NCBI GenBank assembly: GCA_021787935.1
Contig: JAJYLC010000004.1
Location: forward strand, 1-53,172
From: Chloroflexota bacterium
Lineage (GTDB): Bacteria; Chloroflexota; Dehalococcoidia; SZUA-161
DNA length: 53,172 nucleotides
Direction: 5' to 3'
This document shows positions 18,034-28,101 of this stretch, piece after piece (the stretch's first letter is position 1; every line of letters starts with the position of its first letter). The position numbers and the translations under genes were made by a program. The notes under the pieces were generated by a model that ran no database searches, was not told the origin of the DNA, and worked only from the letters and a program-made list of their open reading frames with translations.

Positions 18034-19200
18034 CTATATCCAGCGCCAACGATGGAACAGCCAGAACATGAATGCTCCCGGCAACAGCGATATGAGAAGA
18101 ATAACAATAAAAGTCGTGTACGGGCCCCATGCTGTCCACACGTTTGGTGATAATCCGCCGGGCAGGTTTATATTCATTCCATAGAACGTCCCTACCATAG
18201 TAGCAGGGATAGTAATGGTGAATACGATAGTGAGCACGCCAAGTATCCTGTTCGTCCTCTCCTGGCTGAGCAGGTAATCCGTGTCCTTGTAAATCTCGAC
18301 GGTCTCCTGACACTCATCAAGGTTGCTCCAGAGACGAGCCAGGTGGTCATTTATATCGCCGAAATATACCTTTAAGTCAGCCTCGGTATAGCGCTGGGCT
18401 TTCCGTTCAAGGTCACCGACAACCATTTTGATGGGGCCGATGATACGGCGCTGGGCGGCAATGTCGCGGCGCAGGACGGCGACATCCCTGGACGCATTTA
18501 CTTTATCGTCGAAGACCTTGTCCTCTATCTCATCCAGATTAGATAATGTTTTCTTCACCATAGGAAAACAATAGTCCACCAGAACATCTACAATTCGATA
18601 CATCAGATAGCCGGAGTCCTTGCCCAGATACCCCTCGCATACCTGGTCATCCTGCTGGCACCGGGTTGGCAGAGCGGCAAAAGGTTTAAGGTCACCGTTA
18701 TGGACAGTCACCACAAAATCTTTGCCCAGGAATATAGACACCTGGCTCGGCCTGGTGATGCGCGTAGTGTGGTCGAAAACCGGGAAATGGAGGATGCTAA
18801 AAAGATAGTTCTCATACTCGTCGATTTTAGGGAGCTGAACCTTGCTCAAACAGTCGTCGAGGTCGAGGGGATGAAAAGGGTAATTCTGAGCCAGATAGTC
18901 CATTTCTCGCCGCGTGGGCCTTTCGATGTTTACCCAGGTGAGATTTTTCCAGGTAATCTTATTGATGCTGGGTTCCTTCTTGACTCCGCTGGCCGTAAAT
19001 GCATCGTCATCAGCTTTACCGCCTTCCGCCGGCTTTCTCCCCCTAATCATTGAAAGGAGGTTGCCCAGGTAGTCTGAATCATACCGTTCTACTTTCCAAT
19101 CACGGGGGATCTCGAAAATGACGGGGTTCTTTTTGCGCTGAAACGGCAGGTATCCATCACTTCGTCCCATCATCCTTAAGAAGCGACTTATGATACCCAT
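18034..19200 (-). CDS. corA: CorA-family magnesium transporter with N-terminal extension
   Basis: FHPLDLDDC, PKIDEY, YGMN signature, two C-terminal TM helices; ATG at 19200 chosen to avoid the trxB overlap. Confidence 0.9.
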   Translation of the reverse strand: MGIISRFLRMMGRSDGYLPFQRKKNPVIFEIPRDWKVERYDSDYLGNLLSMIRGRKPAEGGKADDDAFTASGVKKEPSINKITWKNLTWVNIERPTRREMDYLAQNYPFHPLDLDDCLSKVQLPKIDEYENYLFSILHFPVFDHTTRITRPSQVSIFLGKDFVVTVHNGDLKPFAALPTRCQQDDQVCEGYLGKDSGYLMYRIVDVLVDYCFPMVKKTLSNLDEIEDKVFDDKVNASRDVAVLRRDIAAQRRIIGPIKMVVGDLERKAQRYTEADLKVYFGDINDHLARLWSNLDECQETVEIYKDTDYLLSQERTNRILGVLTIVFTITIPATMVGTFYGMNINLPGGLSPNVWTAWGPYTTFIVILLISLLPGAFMFWLFHRWRWI

Positions 19201-19204
19201 CGCA

Positions 19205-20122
19205 TTACACCGAAGAAATAAACCTCTCAGCAGTGATTGCAGCGGTGGCACCGTCTCCGGCAGCCGAGACTACCTGGCGTATCGACCCTGCCCTAATATC
19301 GCCGGCAGCGTAGATACCCGGCACTTCTGTTTCCATCTGCCCATTAACCGGAATAAAGCCAACTTCATCCAGGGTAAGCAGATTTCTAAGATAATCTGTG
19401 TTGGGGCGCAGCCCAACAGCTACGAAAACGCCTGACACCTCCACACTTGAACCTTTTCCGGTCTTCACATTCCGTAACTTGACTTCCCTAACCTGCTTGT
19501 CGCCTGTGATAGAATTGACCACCGAATCCCAGACAAACTCTATCTTGGGATTAGCAAATGCCCTATCTTGAAGTACCTTGGTTGCCCTTAGCTGGTCACG
19601 GCGATGGATAACCATCACCTTTGTGGCAAATCTGGTCAAAAAAAGGGCGTCGTTGATAGCAACATTGCCTCCACCCACCACTGCAATTACTTGATCTCTG
19701 AAAAATGCCCCATCGCACATAGCACAGTAGGAAACACCCCTCCCTAAGAACTCTTCCTCGCCCGGCACCCCTAGCTTGCTATGCTCAGAGCCTGCAGCGA
19801 TAATTACAGCTTTGGCGCGATACTGACCCTCGCTTGTAATAACTATTTTTTCGTCCTTAATCTCAATCCCCTGCACCTCAGCGAAAGCAGTCGGTAAACC
19901 ATACTTTGTTGCTTGCTGGGCTATCAGGGCACCGAGCTCGGAACCAGATATCCCCTGGGGAAACCCGGGATAGTTCTCCACCATCTCTGCATTCAATATC
20001 TGGCCCCCCAGCCCTGCTTTTTCGATGAGCAAGGTATCCAACTTTGACCTGGAGGCATACAAGCCAGCACTGAGCCCCGCAGGGCCACCGCCTATGATAA
20101 TCAACTGGTAAGTCTCGTTCAC
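19205..20122 (-). CDS. trxB: Thioredoxin-disulfide reductase
   Basis: GGGPAG, VENYPG, GVSYCAMCDG, HRRDQLRA, AAGD. Confidence 0.95.
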   Translation of the reverse strand: MNETYQLIIIGGGPAGLSAGLYASRSKLDTLLIEKAGLGGQILNAEMVENYPGFPQGISGSELGALIAQQATKYGLPTAFAEVQGIEIKDEKIVITSEGQYRAKAVIIAAGSEHSKLGVPGEEEFLGRGVSYCAMCDGAFFRDQVIAVVGGGNVAINDALFLTRFATKVMVIHRRDQLRATKVLQDRAFANPKIEFVWDSVVNSITGDKQVREVKLRNVKTGKGSSVEVSGVFVAVGLRPNTDYLRNLLTLDEVGFIPVNGQMETEVPGIYAAGDIRAGSIRQVVSAAGDGATAAITAERFISSV

Positions 20123-20321
20123 CTTTTATCCATCCACTCCTAACGGTTTCAAAAAATTACCGCACCATGCCACTTAGCAGATTGATTTTACCATAACATG
20201 CATAGCGGAGGAACAAGTTTTTACTTGCAACGCCAAAGATAGTAGAGGAAACACAAATGGTTTTCAAGCCTTAACGGCTGTAAAATCCCATCAGCCGCCC
20301 TCGGGGATTAAGGCTTAATAT

Positions 20322-20657
20322 TTAGCCTTTACCAGTCAGAACATCATCCAAATGTTTTTTCAGTTCCGCCTTGGGCCTTAGTCCTACTATTTGTTTCACC
20401 GGTTTCCCATCTTTAAAAAGTAAGAGGGTTGGTATGCTGCGAACTCCATACTCCGTTGCCACCTTGGGGTTCTCGTCAACATTCACCTTCCCGAAACCCA
20501 CCTGCCCTGCATACTCACCAGCCAATTCTTCCACAGCAGGTGCAATGGCTCGGCAGGGTGCACACCATGGAGCCCAGAAGTCTACCAGAAAGGGCGTCTT
20601 AGCCTCAATTACTACCCCTTTGAAGTTTTGGTCATCTACCTTGAGCGGCTGTGTCAT
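20322..20657 (-). CDS. trxA: Thioredoxin
   Basis: VDFWAPWCAPC, SIPTL. Confidence 0.95.
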   Translation of the reverse strand: MTQPLKVDDQNFKGVVIEAKTPFLVDFWAPWCAPCRAIAPAVEELAGEYAGQVGFGKVNVDENPKVATEYGVRSIPTLLLFKDGKPVKQIVGLRPKAELKKHLDDVLTGKG

Positions 20658-20718
20658 AGATACCTCCGGAACAATTTTAACTCGTGAGACTGCTCAAACA
20701 GGCTAATTATCTACGGTT

Positions 20719-21735
20719 CTAGCCCCTTATGGCCTCCACTGCCCCGAACTCCATAACCCTTTTTGCCTTCAGCACAGCATTCTCTATCGCTTTAAAGTTG
20801 CTGCGCCCGTGAGCGACAACAACTACACCCTCTACCCCCAAGAGCACAGCACCGCCATACCCGGTATAGTCCAGTGTGCCGATAACACTGTTTAAGACGG
20901 GACCCAAGACATTGACAGCCTCGTTAAGCTTCGGGTTACCATCCACAGCTTCCCACAGAGTATGGAGAAGCATTTCGCCAAGACCTTCACCCGTCTTAAG
21001 CAGCACGTTGCCCGTAAAGCCGTCAGTCACCAGCACATCGGCTACCCCCTTCGAGAGGTCTCTACCTTCCACATTGCCGATGAAATTGATCTTGGCTTTT
21101 TTCAGCAACTTATGTGCCTTTTGCACCGGCGGGCTGCCTTTCGACTCCTCTTCACCGTTTGAGAGCAGCGCAACTCTGGGATGCTCAATTTTGAAGATTT
21201 TCTCCATATAGATACTTCCCATATGGGCAAACTGTACCAGCATCTCAGGTTTGCACTCGGCATTGGCCCCGATATCAAGGCAGAGAATGGGCCCTGCCGG
21301 AAAGGGGAAGACAGCACCCAGGGCAGGGCGATGGACACCTTTTTTCTTGCCCAGGGTCAGCGTGGCCGCCGTTACTACAGCCCCGGTATTACCGGCGGAG
21401 ACGAATGCTGACGCTTCCTTGTTCTTAAGCAGGTCAATCCCTACCACAATGGACGAGTCTCTCTTGTTCTTAATAGCCCACACCGGAGAGTCACCCATCT
21501 CTATTACCTCGCTGGCATCTGCAATAGTAATCTTATTGCCAGTGTACCCGCATTTCTCCAATTCTTTTTCTAACCTGTCCTCCGGCCCCACCAACACTAT
21601 TTCCAGCTCACCTTCCTTTTCCGCTTCAACAGCGCCCTTAACTATCTCTTCCGGCGCATGGTCCCCACCCATGGCATCCAAAGCAATTTTTGTCTTTTTA
21701 TTATTTGTTTTCTTGGGCTCTTTTTTCTTCGCCAC
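20719..21735 (-). CDS. plsX: Phosphate acyltransferase PlsX
   Basis: IALDAMGGDHAP, SAGNTGA, LDIGAN, NGEEESKG, DGFTGNVLLK, HGRS. Confidence 0.95.
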   Translation of the reverse strand: MAKKKEPKKTNNKKTKIALDAMGGDHAPEEIVKGAVEAEKEGELEIVLVGPEDRLEKELEKCGYTGNKITIADASEVIEMGDSPVWAIKNKRDSSIVVGIDLLKNKEASAFVSAGNTGAVVTAATLTLGKKKGVHRPALGAVFPFPAGPILCLDIGANAECKPEMLVQFAHMGSIYMEKIFKIEHPRVALLSNGEEESKGSPPVQKAHKLLKKAKINFIGNVEGRDLSKGVADVLVTDGFTGNVLLKTGEGLGEMLLHTLWEAVDGNPKLNEAVNVLGPVLNSVIGTLDYTGYGGAVLLGVEGVVVVAHGRSNFKAIENAVLKAKRVMEFGAVEAIRG

Positions 21736-21774
21736 TGACTATCCTTTCTTCCAGTCGCAGCGCCTGCTCACAGA

Positions 21775-22360
21775 CCCATAAGGTCAGCACAACTCAAGGC
21801 ATATCCTTTATTCCACATCCCATCCATCTCTAATATATTATGTCAAACTCTACAAATACAGCGCACCGTTCTGCGATATGCAGCAAGGTTCTGTTTTGAA
21901 GCGCCTGCTCACCGAATTCTTAGTTCTAATTCCGAGCCGCAACGCTTGCTAACCTGAAAGCTTGCGTTCCTGCGGCACAGACCTGGTTCGGCCAAAATCG
22001 ACAACCCTACGCCACTCGTGATGATAGGTTCTAAATCCTGACTAACGATTCGCGACGGCAGTAAGGTGTGTCGGGGACATAATAAAGAGCAGCCAAAAAC
22101 TGAGCGGAGACCTCGTGCCCACCCACATCAGCGCCTCTGGTAGAGCCCGTTAGATAGCAGGCGCTGCCTGTGGTGCATACATCACGGATCATCAGATCAG
22201 TGGGAAATTGTCCCTTGGTTTCCCCGAGTCTTCGCCGAACTACGGCGACTGGCTTGCCCTGAGTACAGAGATAATTACAGGTAATGGACTTATCCGCCCC
22301 GGCGATAACAACGCACTTGGCAGCCACCGAGCCGATATTAACACCGAGGCAACCGTCCAT
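21775..22360 (-). pseudogene. Decayed CoA-substrate activase (BadF/BcrAD, HgdC/PlsA-like ATPase)
   Basis: The 22031-22360 ORF has degenerate GIDVGS/TTGS motifs (GVNIGS, TTGSA). Homology continues downstream across frameshifts and stops: VVDFG, NQVCAAGT, QALRLGI, EFGEQAL, IAERCAVFVEFD. Confidence 0.85.
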
Positions 22361-22394
22361 CTTAATCCCTCGTTACCTTAAGCTATGGCCAAGG

Positions 22395-23879
22395 TCATTC
22401 AGGCTGTGTGCTTTCTTTTCTCTCTTTTCTGGTGTAATACGCTCTCTTTCTACTTTGTATCTTCTCCGGAGGATGGTCCATCACTTCCATCCACCCTTTA
22501 GCCCAATTATACTCATTCTCAAAGATAGGCGTAAATAGCTCTTCGACCTCATTGCTATATTTATTCAGACGTTCGCCCAGTTCAGGATCGGTAAAAGTCT
22601 GTTCAGCTCCCTCGTGAGTTGGATAAGCGCCCCACCTCTGGATAGCAGTGCGCATTATTTTAGGATGGTCAATAATTGGGCAGGGAAGCAAGGTGTTGTA
22701 ACTGAAGGGCTGCATTTCCCTCAACCCCCTGAAGAAAGGCGAATTGAGCGCCTCCGGCAATGAGCAATTTTTAACATTATTGGTTGCGAAATGCACAAAG
22801 ATACAGGGTTCTACGTCACCCTTATGATTGATGTGGAAATAGATGCGACCTCCGTTTATGCAGCCAGCCGTGAGCGGACCATCGTTCCAGAAATCGATCA
22901 TGAGTATCGGTTTTGTCTTGCGAAAACGGTTTACCGCCAGCCTTAATTTGTTCCTTTGCTCCGGCGTAGGCATCATAGAAGGATCAGGGTCGCGTCCTAC
23001 TGGGATGTATAGGAAATACCAGCCATACATCGCTCCCCTGTCAATCAGCATGTCCATGAACTCGTCGCTGGTAACTGCGTCGACATTTCCCCGGTCTGCC
23101 TTGACGCTGAAACCGAAAAGACAACCGGCTTCCCTGAGATTATCCATGGCTTTCATCGCTCTCTCGAAGGCACCTTTGCCTCTGCGAGCGTCTGTCTGTT
23201 CCTCAAAGCCTTCCAGACTTATCATAGGTGCTACATTACCCATGTTGACCAGCTTGGCAGCCATCTCCTTATCGATCAATGAGCCGTTAGTATAAGGCTG
23301 GAAGCAAGCCTTGGGATGTTTTTTGAATATGTCCAGCAAAGGTTTGTAAACGAAGGGCTCCCCCCCGAGTATGGGCATGAACTTAATACCGATTTGCTCT
23401 GCCTCGGCAACTACCCTATCGAACACCTCAGGCGGCAAATCATCGTCCCTGGTATAGTTTGCCGCATAACAGCCATTGCACTTGTAGTTACATCTCATGG
23501 TAGGGGAAACCAACATAACAGAAGGAGGATTGAAGCCGTACTGCTTCCTGATTCTATCGTATATTTGCTGGTCGCGGAAGAACAGGCTGACTATCATATT
23601 TGCCAGGTAATTCTTGCGCACCTTGGGATTCAGACCTTTCAGAATTCTGGTAAGGAAAGGCCCTCCTGGATTGCCTTCTGCAAGCCAGTTATCGATCCAG
23701 GCAGCGATCATCTTTTGATGCTCTGTCTTGGCAATCCTGCCGAATGTCGAACTCAAGCGCCGATAATTATTCTCTGAAGAGTGGCTGAGCAGCATCAAGG
23801 ACTGGCTGAGAATGTTTTCTGCAATCTCACGTTTCAGCTTCCCGTAAAGCCCCCTCCCCTGAACCAAGACGGTACTCAT
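22395..23879 (-). CDS. Radical SAM/SPASM-type protein
   Basis: SPTMRCNYKCNGC, GGEPF, YTNG, DFWNDG..GC..G..YFHIN..GDVEPC, PCPIID. Confidence 0.9.
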   Translation of the reverse strand: MSTVLVQGRGLYGKLKREIAENILSQSLMLLSHSSENNYRRLSSTFGRIAKTEHQKMIAAWIDNWLAEGNPGGPFLTRILKGLNPKVRKNYLANMIVSLFFRDQQIYDRIRKQYGFNPPSVMLVSPTMRCNYKCNGCYAANYTRDDDLPPEVFDRVVAEAEQIGIKFMPILGGEPFVYKPLLDIFKKHPKACFQPYTNGSLIDKEMAAKLVNMGNVAPMISLEGFEEQTDARRGKGAFERAMKAMDNLREAGCLFGFSVKADRGNVDAVTSDEFMDMLIDRGAMYGWYFLYIPVGRDPDPSMMPTPEQRNKLRLAVNRFRKTKPILMIDFWNDGPLTAGCINGGRIYFHINHKGDVEPCIFVHFATNNVKNCSLPEALNSPFFRGLREMQPFSYNTLLPCPIIDHPKIMRTAIQRWGAYPTHEGAEQTFTDPELGERLNKYSNEVEELFTPIFENEYNWAKGWMEVMDHPPEKIQSRKRAYYTRKERKESTQPE

Positions 23880-24025
23880 TGCCCCTCCCTTATAAGTGGA
23901 TGTTCTCGGTAGCGTCGGAGCAACTAGCTACACCCTTAATTCCGTGGTTCTACCCTATTCCCCTCTTCTTCAATTGAGTATAACATAATCGTGCAAGAAG
24001 CTAATAGCTTCCGTTGTTGTCACAC

Positions 24026-24054
24026 AGTATAGATAGAAACATTGAGCAGGTCAA
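24026..24054 (-). promoter_or_regulatory. Putative promoter of the radical SAM gene
   Basis: Minus strand TTGACC-17 bp-TATACT. Confidence 0.65.
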
Positions 24055-24134
24055 GCCTTTTGTATTGCTAGTTCAAATATAGAGACCTTACATATTCGTT
24101 ACATCTGCGCTCAATGTGAATAGTCCGCCGCCCT

Positions 24135-24512
24135 CTAGCTTACTGCATTCTCAATATGTTCCAATCGTGAAATCCTGTTGTCAGGGGTAAGTTCCACAGC
24201 TACAACATCGATACGCCACGATAGCGGCTGCCTATCATAGGCTTGCAGATAAGCGTCTGCCAGAGAAATCAGCTTCGCTCTCTTCAAAAATGTAACTGAC
24301 TCCTCCGGTGTGCCGAACGCAGTATTTCTTTTCGTTCGTACCTCTACAAACACCAGGCAATCGCTCTTTTGGGCAATTATGTCAATCTCGCCCTCCCGGC
24401 AGCGGAAGTTTCTCTGAATTATTTTATAGCCATGCTTCCTGAGGTAATCGGCTGCCAGCTTTTCCCCGATGGCTCCAGTTTCCTTGCGTTTCAGAGACAT
24501 GTCTTTTGCCAT
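24135..24512 (-). CDS. yraN: YraN family (UPF0102) endonuclease-like protein
   Basis: GAIGEKLA, RNFRCREGEIDII, LVFVEVRT, WRIDVVA. Confidence 0.92.
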   Translation of the reverse strand: MAKDMSLKRKETGAIGEKLAADYLRKHGYKIIQRNFRCREGEIDIIAQKSDCLVFVEVRTKRNTAFGTPEESVTFLKRAKLISLADAYLQAYDRQPLSWRIDVVAVELTPDNRISRLEHIENAVS

Positions 24513-24573
24513 TATCTCTTGCTCTCCGATTAGAAGACGTTGGTTTGAACCCCTCTCTACCGGTTCATAGTTG

Positions 24574-26727
24574 TCACACCTTCTGCAGTGGCGCTAAGCT
24601 GAGCAGGAACTTCTTTACCCCGGCATCCCCCTTAAACGCGATGGTGACTTCATAGTCATCGCCAGAAGGCGAGCTGCTCACTACGATACCCTCGCCGAAC
24701 ATAGCATGGGTAACGTGTTCCCCCGCTTTGAGGGCTGGTTGAGACGGTAAAGAGGCGGTGGAGCTGGGTTTTACTCGTTTATCAGTATCGACAGGATGAG
24801 CATTAGGGGGAGCCACTAAATCCAGAGGGATGTCTTTAAGGAAACGCGATGGCGGGTTGTGAGCGCTGCTCCCCATGAGGCTGCGGCGCAGGGTATAGAC
24901 AAGGTATACCTTCTCCTTGGCCCTGGTTATACCCACGTAGCACAGACGGCGTTCCTCCTCCATCTGCTCCGGGTCGGGGAGCGACTTAAAATGCGGCAGG
25001 ACGCCCTCCTCCATACCGACAATGAACACCACGGGGAATTCCAGGCCTTTAGCCTGATGCAGCGTGATCAGGGTCACCGCATCTACTTTTTCGTCCAGTT
25101 CATCCACATCGGAGACCAGCGCCACCTCTTCCAGAAAGGCCGCCAGAGCTTCCCTGGGTTCGAGGTCTTTGTATCCGGCGGCCACAGTGCGCAGCTCCAG
25201 GATATTGTCCCACCTCTCCTCCCCCTCCGCGCCCTCCAGGGTGAATTTCTTATATCCTGTCCTCTCCAACACCAGGTCGAGCAGGTCCGCCAGACTCAAC
25301 TCCCCACTTCGGGCTATTAATTCGTCAAGCATCTTCACGAAATTGCCCAGTGTCTGCGCGCTCCGTGCCGAAAACGGCGTTTGTTCCTCGCCCTGCGCAA
25401 TAAGTTTGAGGGCATCGTAATATGACAAACTTTTCTCGTTCGCCCACATGGTTAGCTCGGCGACGGTGCGCTGCCCGATGCCCCTGCCCGGAACGTTGAT
25501 AATACGGGTGATGCTGACGGTATCGCGGGGGTTATGTGTCAGCCTGAGATAGGCCACGACATCCTTGACCTCGCGCCGCTCATAGAACCTGGTGCCGCCT
25601 ACCAGCCTGTAGGGCAGTCCGTAACGAACGAACTCCTCCTCAAGAGCACGTGACTGGGCATTGGTGCGGTACATGATAGCACAATCCCCCGCCTTCCAGT
25701 GACCGCTCGCCATCAGCTTCTCTACCTCGTTGACTACAAAGTGGGCCTCCTCCTGCTCGTTATAGGTCTGCACCACAGTGATGGGCACACCCACCTTGTT
25801 CTCCGTCCAGAGCTTCTTCTGCTTCCGCTGCTGGTTGGGAGCGATTACATGCTCGGCAGCCTTGAGGATGGTCTGAGTGGAGCGGTAATTCTGCTCCAGG
25901 AATACAATCTTGACATCAGGGTAATCTTTCTCAAAGTCCAGGATGTGGCGCAGATTGGCCTGCCTCCAGGAATAGATAGACTGGTCGGGGTCGCCCACCA
26001 CGCAGATGTTGCGATACTTCCCAGCCAGTTGCTTGGACAGGATATACTGGGCCAGATTGGTGTCCTGAAATTCGTCTATCATCACGTGTAAGTAGCGGGA
26101 CTGATACTTTGCCAGCACCTCGGGCTTGTTGCGGAAAAGCTGCACCACTCTCATAATGAGGTCATCGAAATCAAGGGCGCTGTTCTCGGCAAGTAACTCC
26201 TGATAGCGCTCGTACACCCGTGCCACCACCTCCTCGTAATAGCTTCCCACCTGCTGCCGGTACTCCTGTGGTGCCAGCAGTCTGGCCTTGGCAGCGGAGA
26301 TAGCCGTTCCTATGGCGCGCGGAGGATATTGCTTCGGGTCCAGTCCCACCTGTTCGATGCTATGCTTCAAGAGGCTGTTCTGGTCTCCTTCGTCATAGAT
26401 AAGAAAATCCTTGTTCAACCCGATATGCTGTGCTTCAACGCGCAGGGTGCGTGCGCAGGTGGCATGAAAAGTACCCAGAGTCAGCCCCTCTACAGTGCGT
26501 CCCAGGAGGTGATATACCCTCTCCTTCATCTCCCGGGCTGCCTTGTTGGTGAAGGTAACTGCCAGGATACGATACGGGCTGATGCCCAGTACAGTTATCA
26601 GATAAGCCACGCGGTGAGCGATGACGCGAGTCTTGCCCGAACCCGGGCCCGCTACAATGAGCACCGGGCCCTCGATGGTCTGAACAGCTTCCTTCTGCGC
26701 CGGATTTAAGTTGGCTAAAATGTCCAT
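24574..26727 (-). CDS. pcrA: UvrD/PcrA ATP-dependent DNA helicase
   Basis: LNPAQ, AGPGSGKT, DEFQDTN, GDPDQSIY, LEQNYRS, TLHQAKGLEF, EEERRLCYVGITRA. Confidence 0.95.
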   Translation of the reverse strand: MDILANLNPAQKEAVQTIEGPVLIVAGPGSGKTRVIAHRVAYLITVLGISPYRILAVTFTNKAAREMKERVYHLLGRTVEGLTLGTFHATCARTLRVEAQHIGLNKDFLIYDEGDQNSLLKHSIEQVGLDPKQYPPRAIGTAISAAKARLLAPQEYRQQVGSYYEEVVARVYERYQELLAENSALDFDDLIMRVVQLFRNKPEVLAKYQSRYLHVMIDEFQDTNLAQYILSKQLAGKYRNICVVGDPDQSIYSWRQANLRHILDFEKDYPDVKIVFLEQNYRSTQTILKAAEHVIAPNQQRKQKKLWTENKVGVPITVVQTYNEQEEAHFVVNEVEKLMASGHWKAGDCAIMYRTNAQSRALEEEFVRYGLPYRLVGGTRFYERREVKDVVAYLRLTHNPRDTVSITRIINVPGRGIGQRTVAELTMWANEKSLSYYDALKLIAQGEEQTPFSARSAQTLGNFVKMLDELIARSGELSLADLLDLVLERTGYKKFTLEGAEGEERWDNILELRTVAAGYKDLEPREALAAFLEEVALVSDVDELDEKVDAVTLITLHQAKGLEFPVVFIVGMEEGVLPHFKSLPDPEQMEEERRLCYVGITRAKEKVYLVYTLRRSLMGSSAHNPPSRFLKDIPLDLVAPPNAHPVDTDKRVKPSSTASLPSQPALKAGEHVTHAMFGEGIVVSSSPSGDDYEVTIAFKGDAGVKKFLLSLAPLQKV

Positions 26728-26769
26728 AATTTGATTCTACCACGAAATACTGCGGGGAAAAGGGGATAC

Positions 26770-27684
26770 TTAATACGTGATGACGGGCTTGTCTTTGGTA
26801 ATGACCCGCTTCTCCGTCGCTATTTGCTGGCGGAGATACTTGGGTAAAGAGAATATCCCCGGGTGAGCCAGCCCATCGTAAAATCTGAGTTTTCCCCTGA
26901 CCCGGCTCGCTATCCTGCGGTCTATTTCCTCGGGAGAAAGCTGGCAAGGGTCTAAAGCCTGCGAAGCTGCAGCGAAACCCCAGGGACCGCCGAAGGAAGG
27001 AATCTCGGCCTGATAAGGGGCGACCACAGAGAACACCGCCTTCAAAGTATTCACCACCGCCAGAAATGTGGACGGAAACATCACGCTGGTCGCGCCGGCC
27101 TGGAGCGACATAATGCCGCCCTTCTTCAGCTTCTTGCTGAGGTCCTGATAAAACTCTTTGCTGAAGAGCAGTAAAGCAGGCCCCTCTTCGAGCGGCTCGG
27201 TGAGATCGAGTATCATAACATCGAATTTTTCCTTGGTCTCAGCAATGTATTTCAAGGCATCTGTGTAAATAAGCTCGAGACGGCTGTCGTCGAAGGCTCC
27301 CTGGCTCAACGAGGGCAGATATTTCTGGCATATCTGCGGCACCTTCCTGTCTATATCTACCATAACCACCCTTTTCATCGTCTTGTGCGCCAGCACCTCT
27401 CTCAAAGTAGCGCCCTCGCCACCGCCGGCGATGAAAACTGTCTCAGGCTTGGGGTGGGTAATCATGGGAGGATGAACCAGGGCTTCATGATAGATAAACT
27501 CGTCAGACTCGCTGCACTGAATCTTGCCGTCGAGGATAAGGCATCTGCCGAAGGCAAGGCTATCGATTACCTGAATGGACTGGTATTTAGATTTCCCCAC
27601 ATAAGGCATTGCGCTCACGCTGAATGTCTGGATTAGGTCGGGACTAACGCAATCCCAGAACCAATTGATAGCCTTCTCTGCCAT
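26770..27684 (-). CDS. speE: Polyamine aminopropyltransferase (spermidine synthase)
   Basis: LDGKIQ, DEFIYHEAL, GGGEGATLRE, VDID, DLTEP. Confidence 0.93.
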   Translation of the reverse strand: MAEKAINWFWDCVSPDLIQTFSVSAMPYVGKSKYQSIQVIDSLAFGRCLILDGKIQCSESDEFIYHEALVHPPMITHPKPETVFIAGGGEGATLREVLAHKTMKRVVMVDIDRKVPQICQKYLPSLSQGAFDDSRLELIYTDALKYIAETKEKFDVMILDLTEPLEEGPALLLFSKEFYQDLSKKLKKGGIMSLQAGATSVMFPSTFLAVVNTLKAVFSVVAPYQAEIPSFGGPWGFAAASQALDPCQLSPEEIDRRIASRVRGKLRFYDGLAHPGIFSLPKYLRQQIATEKRVITKDKPVITY

Positions 27685-27687
27685 ATG

Positions 27688-28032
27688 CTAGAACCCCCTT
27701 TTCAGTTCGACGATGGAGGGATTTTTGCTCTCCAGGCTCTCCATAATAAATCTGGCAGCCTCCTCCGGCTGGAATAGGTCTCCATAGGTGAAAACATCGA
27801 TTGCCGAGTAACCGTATTCCGGCCAGGTATGGATACAGAGATGAGCCCCGGTGATCAATACCACCCCGCTTATCCCCTGGGGCAGGAAGCGGTGGAAGGA
27901 CTCTCCGATCACTGCATTTCCGGCATCCTTGGCTACATTATGGAGAACGCCTTTTATGAAATCCAGATCATCGAGGAGGTCCTTGTTGCACTCCTTCAAA
28001 TCCAGAAGGAAATGTTTCCCCATCGTCCGCAT
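27688..28032 (-). CDS. speD: SpeH-type S-adenosylmethionine decarboxylase homolog lacking the pyruvoyl-forming Ser
   Basis: MGKH, FHRF.PQGISGVV, IHTWPEYGY and KRG are retained, but ESH reads GAH. Start placed at ATG 28032 (MRTMGKH). Confidence 0.8.
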   Translation of the reverse strand: MRTMGKHFLLDLKECNKDLLDDLDFIKGVLHNVAKDAGNAVIGESFHRFLPQGISGVVLITGAHLCIHTWPEYGYSAIDVFTYGDLFQPEEAARFIMESLESKNPSIVELKRGF

Positions 28033-28101
28033 ACTCTCGGCCCTCAACACAAACTTTTTCAATTATATAGGATGTGGTCGCTTTTCTCAAACACCGAGAG
28101 T

